From Candidatus Colwellbacteria bacterium (GTDB lineage Bacteria > Patescibacteriota > Minisyncoccia > UBA6257 > Colwellbacteraceae), in contig JACOWZ010000003.1 in the NCBI GenBank assembly GCA_016176525.1, forward strand, positions 537,925 through 601,924: a DNA stretch of 64,000 bases, written 5' to 3'. The position numbers and the translations under genes were made by a program. Under the pieces are notes generated by a model. It ran no database searches, had not been told where the DNA came from, and saw only the letters and a program-made list of their open reading frames with translations. Position 1 is the first letter of the stretch, and the number at the start of each line of letters is the position of its first letter. Below are positions 6,819 through 15,252 of this stretch, piece by piece.

Positions 6819-9512
6819 TTATTTTTTATCAAAAACCCTCACGATTTCGTCAAAGTTTCTCAGTTTATCCCTTTCCCATTCCTCTTGCTTTATATAAAGG
6901 GCTTTATAGACAACTCGACTTTGCCGATCGTTTACATCCTCACACCACTTTTGTAATCTTTCAAACTTTAATTTATCGTCATCTTCTTCTCGTCCTTTTG
7001 TTTCAATAATGTAAACGGTTTTCTCATTTTTCTTCACAAAGAAATCAGGGTAGTAGGTGGCTATAAATCCCTCTGAATTTTTATACTCAATTCTAAGCGC
7101 GTTTGCTTCTTTGTTTTGGAAATTCTTTGCAAAAGAAATAACATCATCACAATTTTCAAGAAAATCAGAAAATACCAGCTCAAAATCACTGTCGCCGACA
7201 ATCTTATTGAAGACTGATTTTTTCGGTATTAAGTATGATTTGTCATTCACGACAAAGGGACGCGCCTCGCTGATTTTTATATAATTCTTTATCTCCGTAT
7301 CTCCCTTGTCTTCAACTGTAAGCTCGTTAATAGCTTTCTTGAAAGAATCTTTTATGAGCCTAATATACTCAACCTCTGACAAGTTTCTTAAAACATTGAG
7401 GTCTGACAAATTCACAGGGCTGTCAAACATATTATTCTGCACAAACTCTCTTACCTTGCCGAACAAAATGTCGTAGCAACCGAACAGACGCAGCTCCCGC
7501 ATTATTGCTTGCGCAAAAAATCCGACAACGCTTTGATAATCTGGCTCAATCTCACCGGAAAGTATTGTCGTGTGATGCGTTTTCTCATCCACCACATCTT
7601 TAAAAACAATTTCTCTCTTTTCTTCTTCAGAGAAAGTCTTTACTTTGACTTTTTTATTTCCAAATTTTGAAACATCTAACTCGGCAAGGTTTTTATACTC
7701 TCTCTGAATCCTCGGAGACATCACCGGAATCTCAATATCAAGTTTCTCAATATCTTTTTTCGGATTATCTTTATCAACCTCAATAACCATCGGGGCTATT
7801 GGCTTCGCACCTGTCCCCATCGCTTTCTTCTCAAGAATAACGCCCTCGCCTTTGATTGACTCAACAAAGTCCATAAAAGCGGGTGTTCCCACAACACTTA
7901 CATACTCCTCAACATCATCTCTGCCGAAAAACATTCTGCGTAGTCCTCGCCCAAGGGTTTGTTCTGGGAGAATTTTTGAATCGGCGGCATAAGGTCGTAA
8001 GCCAACGATAGTCGTTACATTTTTTACATCCCAACCCTCTTTCAACATCATCACGGAAATGATCACCTTGAACGGACTTTCCCAACTATCAATTTCATTT
8101 GCTTGCTTTCTAAGTAAATCTAATTCTTCTTTGCTTTTTCCAGAAACGCTTTCAGAAATTTCACCACTCTTATTTGTGTGAATGGTCAAAACCGCGCCTT
8201 TCAAACTTTTAAAACTCGTCTCAATGTATTCCGCCACTTCATCGCAGTTTTTTGTATCATCCGTCATTATGAAAAGAATGGACTTTTTACCCATCGGCTT
8301 TAATACATCGTATGTTTTCTGCCATTCCTCAATACCAAGATTTATATAATCTCTGTATTTTTCGCTGAATAGCGTACTCTGATTTTCTTTCAATTTTCCT
8401 CGGCTCGCCGCGTCCGGCGCAACAGGATTTTTTACAACTCTTTGATGTATCGCTTCAACAAGCGGATAATCAGAAATCGTCTGCACAAAAATAGAACCGT
8501 CATTCTTTTTTGGGGTAGCAGTAAGGTCAATCTGCAAAGATAATCCAGTCCCTTTCTGTTTCAGTCGATTGTCTATGTCGGTAATTGATTTAACCCAAGC
8601 AGACTTATCATCGTGCAAGTGATGGGCTTCGTCATTGAGCACGATAAGCTCGTCTATGTCTCTTACAATCACTCCGAGATCAACCTTAGAATCGCTCGTT
8701 TTAGTAACCGGCTTATCGCCTAAGAAATAGCGGGAAGTATCCTCATCATCCGCGCTTGCGTCTCTTATATCACTTTCAAAAACTCTATGGATATTGGTCA
8801 AAAATATATTTCCTGTGTCGGAAACATTGCGTAAATCATCCTGCAAATGCAAAGTCATTTGAAAATCGTCCTGCCAGTTTTGCCCATGATATCCGTTGTC
8901 AGGCAAAACAGGATCGCTAAAGAAGATTTTTAACCCCTCAAAATCATTCTTGATTCTTTCAAAAACAATGACATTCGGAGTTATCAAAAGAAAGTTCTTT
9001 GCCAAACTTGAATCTTCTTCATATTTTTTATGAAAATATGCCCATGCGATTACCAAACTCATCACTTTAGTCTTGCCCGCGCCTGTCGCCATCTTAATAA
9101 CAAAGCGAAGCCATTCCTCGGTAAACATCTGCGGACTTAACACGCCAGTCGTGTTGTAACGAATAAGATCGTATTTATCTTTTACTTTTGCCACCTCGTA
9201 AAGCCACACGACTGTTTCTAGCGCCTCCCTCTGTGCGAAATAGTATTTGAATTGAGTTGATGCTCCATGCTGGTCATATAAAATATGTTTTTCCCTAAAC
9301 CACCAATTCAAAAGCGACTTAGAAGTATCACTTGCTCCCTCATAATTTTTATCTCGCCATTCTTTTACTTTTTCACGGAGTCCTGCAACAAGAGGCGGTA
9401 GGAGTTTTTGAATAGCTCCTTTTTCCCGCAAATCCTCGTCAGCAGGAAACCATCTGATTTGAGGGTCAAGTATCGCATATGGGTCTTTGGGAAAATCCTT
9501 GTGTAGGGCCAT
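6819..9512 (-). CDS. res: Type III restriction enzyme, Res subunit (SF2 helicase plus C-terminal PD-(D/E)xK nuclease)
   Basis: Walker A MATGAGKTKVMSLVIAWAY. DEAH box LVLNDEAHHL. Helicase motif VI-like QTLGRGLRR. C-terminal nuclease motif YYPDFFV...VYIIETKG. 897 aa. Confidence 0.8.
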   Translation of the reverse strand: MALHKDFPKDPYAILDPQIRWFPADEDLREKGAIQKLLPPLVAGLREKVKEWRDKNYEGASDTSKSLLNWWFREKHILYDQHGASTQFKYYFAQREALETVVWLYEVAKVKDKYDLIRYNTTGVLSPQMFTEEWLRFVIKMATGAGKTKVMSLVIAWAYFHKKYEEDSSLAKNFLLITPNVIVFERIKNDFEGLKIFFSDPVLPDNGYHGQNWQDDFQMTLHLQDDLRNVSDTGNIFLTNIHRVFESDIRDASADDEDTSRYFLGDKPVTKTSDSKVDLGVIVRDIDELIVLNDEAHHLHDDKSAWVKSITDIDNRLKQKGTGLSLQIDLTATPKKNDGSIFVQTISDYPLVEAIHQRVVKNPVAPDAASRGKLKENQSTLFSEKYRDYINLGIEEWQKTYDVLKPMGKKSILFIMTDDTKNCDEVAEYIETSFKSLKGAVLTIHTNKSGEISESVSGKSKEELDLLRKQANEIDSWESPFKVIISVMMLKEGWDVKNVTTIVGLRPYAADSKILPEQTLGRGLRRMFFGRDDVEEYVSVVGTPAFMDFVESIKGEGVILEKKAMGTGAKPIAPMVIEVDKDNPKKDIEKLDIEIPVMSPRIQREYKNLAELDVSKFGNKKVKVKTFSEEEKREIVFKDVVDEKTHHTTILSGEIEPDYQSVVGFFAQAIMRELRLFGCYDILFGKVREFVQNNMFDSPVNLSDLNVLRNLSEVEYIRLIKDSFKKAINELTVEDKGDTEIKNYIKISEARPFVVNDKSYLIPKKSVFNKIVGDSDFELVFSDFLENCDDVISFAKNFQNKEANALRIEYKNSEGFIATYYPDFFVKKNEKTVYIIETKGREEDDDKLKFERLQKWCEDVNDRQSRVVYKALYIKQEEWERDKLRNFDEIVRVFDKK

Positions 9513-9517
9513 AAAAT

Positions 9518-10138
9518 TTATATTTCAGAACTCTTTTGCGGTTGAGAATTTGGTTGTTGCAATTTTGACTGCACTGGATTATTTATTAATAAAATATCTA
9601 AATCTTTTGTATCTTTTAAATAAGCTCCATCAATAATATCTGTGACCAATCCGAATTTCTCAGCTTCCTCAGAAGATAGTACAGCTCCACCATGCACTTC
9701 TTTATTTACGATACTTTTCTTCTTTCCCGTTACTTTTGAAATTACCTCGGAATAATCATCAGTAATCCTTTGAATCAATTTTGCCATTTCGCTTAGTTTA
9801 GTCGGGTTAAATTGTCCATTAAGTGTTGCAATTGCTTCATGAAGTACAAAACGACAACTTGGTGCCGCAATTCTTCTTTGACCGGCGCAGAACATCATTA
9901 CAGCGGCGCTATCAACGTTCCCCATTCCAATTGTCGTTTTTGAGATATTGATTTGCCTAAGAAAATTGTATGCTAAAAGACCGTGATCAGATGATCCACC
10001 CGAACTTGATATCTGGAGAATTATCTCATTTATAGGTTTTTCTGGATTTTGTTGAGCAAGCTTAATAGTAATAAATTTTATTAGATCATTTACTGAACCC
10101 TCGGAAACATTTGCATAAAAATTAATTAATAATTTCAT
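9518..10138 (-). CDS. ClpP-like (S14/S49 clan SK) serine protease family protein
   Basis: ISSSGGSSDHGLLAYNFL resembles the ClpP NSPGG region. NVDSAAVMMFCAG resembles the ClpP active-site Ser context AASMGAFLL. RFVLHEA resembles the ClpP His region. A C-terminal Asp region SSEEAEKFGLVTDII is present. 206 aa, with no TM helix. Confidence 0.55.
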   Translation of the reverse strand: MKLLINFYANVSEGSVNDLIKFITIKLAQQNPEKPINEIILQISSSGGSSDHGLLAYNFLRQINISKTTIGMGNVDSAAVMMFCAGQRRIAAPSCRFVLHEAIATLNGQFNPTKLSEMAKLIQRITDDYSEVISKVTGKKKSIVNKEVHGGAVLSSEEAEKFGLVTDIIDGAYLKDTKDLDILLINNPVQSKLQQPNSQPQKSSEI

Positions 10139-10487
10139 AATTTTCTTCTAAAAGTTTTTTTATTATTTCTAATTGTTCCTTGTTTTGTTCTGATAACTCT
10201 TGAACTTGCCTAAGAAATTCCTCATTTATTTTTTGTGTTGTTTCAACAGATTCTATTTTCCCAGAATATTCGCTGTATGCGGCATTGTTATATCTCATTT
10301 GATCAAGGAACAAGCCAATCACCGAAATAATAACTGCAACCAGAGAAACAAGAACCGATGCCACCACCGCAATAAGAATGTTGTCAATTTTATCAAATCG
10401 ACTCTTTACTTCCGGAGGCATCCCAGTTACAGGAGCATCTCTTTCTGGAATTGTAATTAAGGGTTTTTCCATATCAATATATTCCAA
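10122..10487 (-). CDS. Small single-pass membrane protein with a C-terminal coiled coil
   Basis: The central hydrophobic helix is ILIAVVASVLVSLVAVIISVIGLFL. The C-terminus is Q/E/L-rich. It overlaps the next gene by 17 bp and the previous gene by 14 bp, so it is tightly coupled to both. Confidence 0.35.
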   Translation of the reverse strand: MEYIDMEKPLITIPERDAPVTGMPPEVKSRFDKIDNILIAVVASVLVSLVAVIISVIGLFLDQMRYNNAAYSEYSGKIESVETTQKINEEFLRQVQELSEQNKEQLEIIKKLLEENYEIIN

Positions 10488-10686
10488 TTATTACGTGGAC
10501 ATTATTTTCCTCTCGTATCTCTAAATCTCTACCAATATATTTGGATAAATCTATACCGCCGAAAGAAACATTTTTGAATCTAGCTCCAGGTCCGAACTGA
10601 ACACCACCGATTCTTATAATCTTTTCCTTCGATTCGATACTACCATCAGCATTTACATTGAAAACCTCGTGAAAATTGATGCGCAT
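10474..10686 (-). CDS. Small hypothetical protein of 70 aa
   Basis: ORF packed with a 4-bp gap after the mod stop and a 14-bp overlap with the next gene. I recognise no motif. Confidence 0.3.
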   Translation of the reverse strand: MRINFHEVFNVNADGSIESKEKIIRIGGVQFGPGARFKNVSFGGIDLSKYIGRDLEIREENNVHVIIGIY

Positions 10687-10690
10687 ATTT

Positions 10691-12853
10691 TTATATTTTG
10701 ACCTCTATCACCCTAGTGGTGTCATTCCCGAAAATATCGACGACTTTTACGGCAATTTTGTGTTTGCCTTTTGTAGCAACTTTTGGAGAAGTAACGAGGT
10801 CAAGATTTCTGTTCTTTTTGGTACGGAAACTCTGCCACTCGTTGTCAAAAATATAATCGCCCGTCCATACTTCTTTTTCCTCGCCACCTTCCACAACCTT
10901 GATGATTTCTTTTCTGCTTGCAAAATCAAAATCAACTGCCCAATAGTCAATCCAGTCGCTCCATTTTTTAGTCAAAATTTCTTTTGAAATTTCTTCAGTT
11001 TTCTTATCTTTTGAGATTTTTACCACCTGACCATCTTCTACCACAACTTTAGATCTACCGGGGCGCAATGCCTCGGCAATTTCGCCTGAATTGTCCTGAT
11101 TGTAGAAAACAGAAAAATTTATCAGTTCAATAGAAATTTCTTTGTCATTCCCTCGTCCTTTCACAATCGGTTTCACTTCAATAAACGCGACATCATAGAA
11201 CTTCACTTGACCCTTTTCTACCACCTTTCTGTCAAAAACTTCTCGCGGAATTATCCTAAAGGCGATATCAATGCCTTGATCTTTGTACTCTGTAAAATCA
11301 AGTCCCATTTCATAATCAAACCCAAGAACATCAACTTTAGTGATTCCTTTTTCTTTACACTCTTTTACGATGTCCTGCACGAATTTAGAAGAAACGGGAG
11401 TATTGATGGGTCCCACCGCCACAAGGCGATCTCTTTTCTTGCCGATAACATTCACGAAAGACTCTACTGGCTCGGCTTTGTATGCAGAGAGAATAAGTTT
11501 TACAAATTCCTTTTCTTTCCTTTCGGCTTGTCTGGCTTTTTCTTCCGCTCGCAAATCATCATTTGTCGCGAGGAAATTTTCTCTTTCATATCTTCCAACA
11601 TTCAAAATCTCAAAAGCTCTAAAGTCCCCCCCCTCTTTTTTTAGTTCTCTTTGCACGTCAATCATTCTTTTTCGTGAAGTATGTATGCCGAATTTACCCA
11701 AATCTGACCCAATCCATCTTCTCTGTAGTTTCTCTGCTACCTCTAATGTAGTCCCGGAGCCACAGAAAAAATCTGCTACTAAGTCATTTGGTTCGGTTGA
11801 AGTCTCAATTATTCTCCTTAACAATCCGAATGGTTTTTGTGTTGGGTAACCAAGATACTCGGATGAACCACTAATGAGCGGTTTCGTATCGTCTGCGTCC
11901 CATACATCTCTTACATAGACTTCGGCGTAGTGCTGATTAAATAGTTTATCTTTCAATCTATCCGGAAGTGCTTTTCTACTTGCAATACACTCTTCTATTA
12001 TTTTAATGTCTTTTTCTGTAAGATCGTTAATTTTTGCTTCATTTAATTTTGTGTCAATGAATGGTTTCTCGTATTTAATTTTTTCTTTCGTAGCTTTGAA
12101 AATATAGCCGTCTTTATTTTTTGCATAGTAGAAGATCGTATCGTGTTTTCGTGCATAGAATTTTTTACCAACTCCTTGAATACGATAACCCCACGTGATT
12201 TCATTTAATAGATTATCTTTACCAAAAATTTCATCTAGTACCAATCTCATATACGCATTAACTCTATAATCACAATGCACATAGATACTTCCATTGTCAG
12301 CAAGGAGTCCGTGCATTAGTCTTAGTCGTTCATAAATCATCGTGACAAAACTATCAGCACCCTTACCCCAAGTGTCGCGGTAGGCGATTTCTTCTATAAC
12401 TGACGGCTTTTTTGTAAAACTTTCTTCGTCCTCGCCATCTCCGATTTTAATGTCCATTGAAAAATCCGCGCCGACATCGAAGGGCGGGTCAATATAAATC
12501 AATTTCAAACCGCCCTGCGCCTCTATTTCTTTGCGAAGCGGACCGTTCTTAAGAGAGGAAAGAATCAGCTTATTGTCTCCCCAAATCAATTTATTCGTCC
12601 AGCCGGTAATTTGCCTTCCCGTTGTATCCCAAAGAGTGCCGGAATCTCCAAATTCTCCTTGTCGTGGTTCATCTATTTGTTCAATAACTTGAAAAGGCAA
12701 GACAACATTCGTTACCTCATTTGTCTTTCCGTTCCAAAGAAGCTCAACCTCTCTGTCATCGTCAAACAACAAAAACCGATATTTCTCCGGAAGCGGTTTA
12801 CCCACTTCCAAGTATTTCACAATATCTCGTTTTTCGTTATCTGTTAATTTCAT
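10691..12853 (-). CDS. mod: Beta-class N6-adenine/N4-cytosine DNA methyltransferase (Type III Mod-like) with a roughly 300-aa C-terminal extension
   Basis: Motif IV DPPF (LIYIDPPFDVG) precedes motif I FFCGSGTT, which is the beta-class order. The N-terminal LIWGDNKLILSSLKNG is typical of Type III Mod. The ORF track extends to a GTG at 13045 inside a perfect palindrome. The ATG at 12851-12853 (MKLTDNEKRDI...) is the more plausible start. Confidence 0.75.
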   Translation of the reverse strand: MKLTDNEKRDIVKYLEVGKPLPEKYRFLLFDDDREVELLWNGKTNEVTNVVLPFQVIEQIDEPRQGEFGDSGTLWDTTGRQITGWTNKLIWGDNKLILSSLKNGPLRKEIEAQGGLKLIYIDPPFDVGADFSMDIKIGDGEDEESFTKKPSVIEEIAYRDTWGKGADSFVTMIYERLRLMHGLLADNGSIYVHCDYRVNAYMRLVLDEIFGKDNLLNEITWGYRIQGVGKKFYARKHDTIFYYAKNKDGYIFKATKEKIKYEKPFIDTKLNEAKINDLTEKDIKIIEECIASRKALPDRLKDKLFNQHYAEVYVRDVWDADDTKPLISGSSEYLGYPTQKPFGLLRRIIETSTEPNDLVADFFCGSGTTLEVAEKLQRRWIGSDLGKFGIHTSRKRMIDVQRELKKEGGDFRAFEILNVGRYERENFLATNDDLRAEEKARQAERKEKEFVKLILSAYKAEPVESFVNVIGKKRDRLVAVGPINTPVSSKFVQDIVKECKEKGITKVDVLGFDYEMGLDFTEYKDQGIDIAFRIIPREVFDRKVVEKGQVKFYDVAFIEVKPIVKGRGNDKEISIELINFSVFYNQDNSGEIAEALRPGRSKVVVEDGQVVKISKDKKTEEISKEILTKKWSDWIDYWAVDFDFASRKEIIKVVEGGEEKEVWTGDYIFDNEWQSFRTKKNRNLDLVTSPKVATKGKHKIAVKVVDIFGNDTTRVIEVKI

Positions 12854-13010
12854 CTGTTTTTTATAAGAATCAGACTTATTATACACTCTTTTCTGTGATA
12901 AAATATACTTAAGAAGTATGCGAATATTCCCTAATAAATCATTTATACTAATACTCTCTGTTGCGATATTACTTGTGCAAATTTCGATTCTGGGGTTGAC
13001 AATGAAAGAT

Positions 13011-13048
13011 GGAGTGGCTAAAATCTCTGTAGAGATTTTAGCCACTCC
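13011..13048. promoter_or_regulatory. Perfect 38-bp palindrome GGAGTGGCTAAAATCTCTGTAGAGATTTTAGCCACTCC upstream of mod
   Basis: 18-bp arms around a 2-bp centre, seen directly in the sequence. It lies about 160 bp upstream of the preferred mod ATG. No T-run follows on either strand, so it is more operator-like than terminator-like. Confidence 0.4.
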
Positions 13049-13257
13049 ATCTAACTAACGCGTATCTTATTTCTCCCAATCTTTGATTATTAGCGATTTG
13101 CCGCGTTTGGTGACCACCACTTTCTGCCGCTCTTGCCATTTTAGATTCTTAACATGCTCAATTGGGAGGGTAACGTAATATGTGTGCTGGTTTTTCTGGA
13201 TATTTCGCACATTTTTATTTTTTAGTTGCCTTCTTACCATATGCAAATTCTAACACA

Positions 13258-13297
13258 AGAAAACACGTTTTAAAACTAGTTTTAAAACGTGTTTTCT
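13258..13297 (-). terminator. 40-bp perfect palindrome (20-bp arms) immediately downstream of the trhO stop
   Basis: AGAAAACACGTTTTAAAACT/AGTTTTAAAACGTGTTTTCT. It sits 3 bp after the trhO stop on the transcribed strand. It is U-rich, so a terminator is likely, though it is unusually long. Confidence 0.4.
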
Positions 13298-13299
13298 GC

Positions 13300-14184
13300 T
13301 TAACTCGCCAATCTACTTACAAATCTGCATTTGAGATTGCAAAAACCGCCGGATTTTTTATAACACTCCTCGCATATAATATAGTGTCTGTGGCACACGT
13401 CATATGCACAATTTACATAATTTTCTGACTTTACTCCGCATCTCTCACAACTTGAAACAACCTCGTGTCTAGAATCTTCTGTGTTAAAACCTATTAAAAT
13501 CCTCTTATCAAAAACATACAGCTTGCCCTTAAAGTCTTCGTTTGGATATTTCTCCATATATGAGTGTATTCCGCCTTCAAGCTGATAAACATTTTCAAAT
13601 CCGTTTTGCATTAAATACCCCGAGGCCTTTTCGCACCTAACTCCACCCGTGCAAACTGTTAAAATCTCTTTGTCTTTTAGGTGTTTTATTTTGGGCAGAA
13701 ATTTTGGAATATCTCTAAAATTCGGTACATTGGACAAGATTGATCCTTCAAAATATCCACTTTTTTGTTCGTAGTCGTTCCGCATATCAACAATATAAAA
13801 TTCTTTTCCGCTCTCTATCCATTTTTTCAATTCTTCGGGCTTTAGATACTTTCCTGTTATGCGGTTTTCTGCATTTTCTTCGGTTCCCAGTCCGCTTGTT
13901 ACAATCTCTTCTCTTGCTTTGATGCTCAACTTAAGGAAAGAAGCGCCAGTTCCATCGCTATATTTAAAGTGAATTCCAGAAAACAACTCGTCGGAATTCA
14001 TTGCTTCAACATATTTTGCGATATTGTCTTTAGTGCCTTCAAGCGTGCCATTAATCCCCTCTTTGGAAATCAAAATTCTGCCCTTTAAGCCGAGACGCAG
14101 GCAAAGTTCGCGCTGATCTTGAACCGCTTTTATTGGATCAGCAACAAGCACATATTTATAATAGAGTATTACCTTAAAACTCAT
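13300..14184 (-). CDS. trhO: Rhodanese-domain tRNA uridine(34) hydroxylase TrhO (YceA/UPF0176 family)
   Basis: ILYYKYV...ADP...GRILISKEGINGTLEG matches the YceA N-terminus (ISFYKYF..ADP...GRVYLAHEGINAQI). A rhodanese Cys loop and a C-terminal CxxC...C cluster are present. The start was chosen at MSFKVILYYKYV. Confidence 0.7.
   Translation of the reverse strand: MSFKVILYYKYVLVADPIKAVQDQRELCLRLGLKGRILISKEGINGTLEGTKDNIAKYVEAMNSDELFSGIHFKYSDGTGASFLKLSIKAREEIVTSGLGTEENAENRITGKYLKPEELKKWIESGKEFYIVDMRNDYEQKSGYFEGSILSNVPNFRDIPKFLPKIKHLKDKEILTVCTGGVRCEKASGYLMQNGFENVYQLEGGIHSYMEKYPNEDFKGKLYVFDKRILIGFNTEDSRHEVVSSCERCGVKSENYVNCAYDVCHRHYIICEECYKKSGGFCNLKCRFVSRLAS
14045..14113. repeat. 69-bp direct repeat, copy A. 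It lies inside trhO, where it codes for ...GRILISKEGINGTLE...
   Basis: It matches 16342-16410 with 4 mismatches in 69 bp. Confidence 0.7.
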
Positions 14185-14223
14185 TACACGAATTCTAACA
14201 ATTATTGACACCTAGGTCTAGGT

Positions 14224-14637
14224 ATGTTACCTTGCATTAACCCAGTAAGAACTGGGATGTACCCTAAAAACAAGGAGTGGAAACAAATGCAAGTGAGTAT
14301 TTTGGTAGAAAAGGCTCTAGCCTACGAGAACCAAAACATGGTTAGCCGCTATACCGAACGGTATGGCGTAAGTATGGAAACTGCTAAGGTTCTCTTTGAG
14401 GAATGCAAGAAATTCCTCGTGGCATGCGCAAAGACGAAGGATCCCATCTCGCCACCCAACAAGGATGTTGACGAGATGTGGCACTTCTTCATACTACACA
14501 CGAAGGACTACGCAGCCTTTTGCGAGACCTACTTCGGCAAGTTCATCCACCACGTCCCGACGGACAAGGTGGAGGGCGTAAACTGCAACGACTGCTCGCA
14601 GAGCCCGCCGGATTGCACCTCGCCGGCACAGCCCTAG
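14224..14637 (+). CDS. Hypothetical protein in a GC-rich patch. The likely start is the internal Met at 14287, MQVSILVEK...
   Basis: ORF with a higher GC content than its neighbours. Overlapping alternate-frame ORFs at 14396-14581 and 14478-14672 are typical of a GC-rich insert. I recognise no motif. Confidence 0.35.
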   Translation: MLPCINPVRTGMYPKNKEWKQMQVSILVEKALAYENQNMVSRYTERYGVSMETAKVLFEECKKFLVACAKTKDPISPPNKDVDEMWHFFILHTKDYAAFCETYFGKFIHHVPTDKVEGVNCNDCSQSPPDCTSPAQP

Positions 14638-14658
14638 ATCAACTCCAAGACAACAACC

Positions 14659-14691
14659 GAGTCCAGTTATAAAAACTGGACTCTTTTATTT
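14659..14691 (+). terminator. Rho-independent terminator. Hairpin GAGTCCAGTT/AACTGGACTC followed by a TTTTATTTT run.
   Basis: 10-bp stem and a T-run 20 bp after the stop of the 14224-14637 ORF. Confidence 0.5.
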
Positions 14692-14713
14692 TCGTATTTT
14701 TCTCCTATTCTCT

Positions 14714-14741
14714 CCGGCTTATCACAACTGTGATAAGCCGG
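14714..14741. repeat. Palindrome CCGGCTTATCACAACTGTGATAAGCCGG. It is copy 1 of a pair flanking the HNH-like gene.
   Basis: Seen directly in the sequence. Arms of 13 bp. Confidence 0.6.
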
Positions 14742-14795
14742 ACAGGTTGTAAACCGGGAGTGGTATAATGTTTTGAGAATAACCGTAAGAAAACC

Positions 14796-15134
14796 GTGAT
14801 TAATCTTTGTAAACGGCATGGCCGAACCAAACACTATAAGCGCGCCGACGGTCCCCCTCGTTGCGGCAAATGCGCATATGCATATGTAGCGACAAATAGA
14901 GTCAGAAAAATAGATCGCCTCGCAGAGAAATTTAATACATGCAAAAGGTGCGGATACAAAGGGAGTATTGGAACCCTTAATTTTTATTATCCAAAAAGAC
15001 CCTACAAAAAGGCAAATTTGTTAGACCCAAGAAATTTGAGCCGTGCTTGGAACAAGATAGAGAATGAAGCCAAGAATTGTATTTTGTTATGCAGAAACTG
15101 TTATATAAAGTCTAGTGGCAAAGCCATCTATTAA
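14796..15134 (+). CDS. HNH-like zinc-finger nuclease-family small protein. The active-site His may be degenerate.
   Basis: CxxC pairs are present (CGKCAYAYV, CKRCGYKG, LLCRNCY). The C-terminal NLSRAWNKIENEAKNCILLCRNCY resembles the HNH xxLxxLCxxCN tail. It is flanked on both sides by related palindromes. Confidence 0.4.
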   Translation: MINLCKRHGRTKHYKRADGPPRCGKCAYAYVATNRVRKIDRLAEKFNTCKRCGYKGSIGTLNFYYPKRPYKKANLLDPRNLSRAWNKIENEAKNCILLCRNCYIKSSGKAIY

Positions 15135-15155
15135 CTTCGACTTATCACAGCTGTG
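15130..15155. repeat. Palindrome CGACTTATCACAGCTGTGATAAGCCG. It is copy 2 and starts right after the HNH-like stop.
   Basis: Seen directly in the sequence. It shares the core CTTATCACA(A/G)CTGTGATAAG with the copy at 14714. Confidence 0.6.
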
Positions 15156-15194
15156 ATAAGCCGAGGTTGGGTCGGAGTTAAGTTTTGTAGATTT

Positions 15195-15233
15195 GAAAAA
15201 TAAAAAAGCCGACGAGCAGAATGCTTCGTCGGC
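15195..15233 (-). terminator. Rho-independent terminator for the SPFH gene. Hairpin GCCGACGA(loop)TCGTCGGC with a U-run on the minus strand.
   Basis: 8-bp GC-rich stem followed, in minus-strand sense, by a T-run (A-run 15195-15207 on plus). It lies about 20 bp after the SPFH stop. Confidence 0.5.
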
Positions 15234-15252
15234 TAGAGGTGCCCTAGATCTA

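Noticed and set aside
9518-10138. ClpP-like protease as a prophage prohead maturation protease (degraded prophage)
   Set aside because: No portal, terminase, capsid or scaffold genes lie nearby. The gene is embedded with short overlaps inside an intact R-M operon. The prophage reading cannot be excluded without homology searches, so it is mentioned as an alternative in the finding.
10691-13045. GTG start at 13045 for the methyltransferase, as given by the ORF track
   Set aside because: That GTG lies inside a perfect 38-bp palindrome, and the first 64 residues have no MTase similarity. The ATG at 12851-12853 (MKLTDNEK...) was preferred. The upstream extension is probably an ORF-caller artefact.
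10691-13045. BREX or DISARM interpretation of the methyltransferase/helicase pair (PglX plus BrxL-like protease)
   Set aside because: The MTase has the beta-class Type III Mod layout. The helicase carries a C-terminal PD-(D/E)xK nuclease, as in Res. The protease is ClpP-like, not Lon-like. No brxA/B/C, pglZ or drmA/B genes are present.
14714-15155. TTATCACA half-sites of the HNH-flanking palindromes read as DnaA boxes (replication origin) or as CRP/LexA operators
   Set aside because: The DnaA box is a 9-mer, TTATCCACA. This motif is one base short and occurs only as two inverted pairs, with no cluster and no AT-rich unwinding element next to dnaA. TCACA-N2-TGTGA has the opposite half-site order and a different spacing from a CRP site (TGTGA-N6-TCACA).
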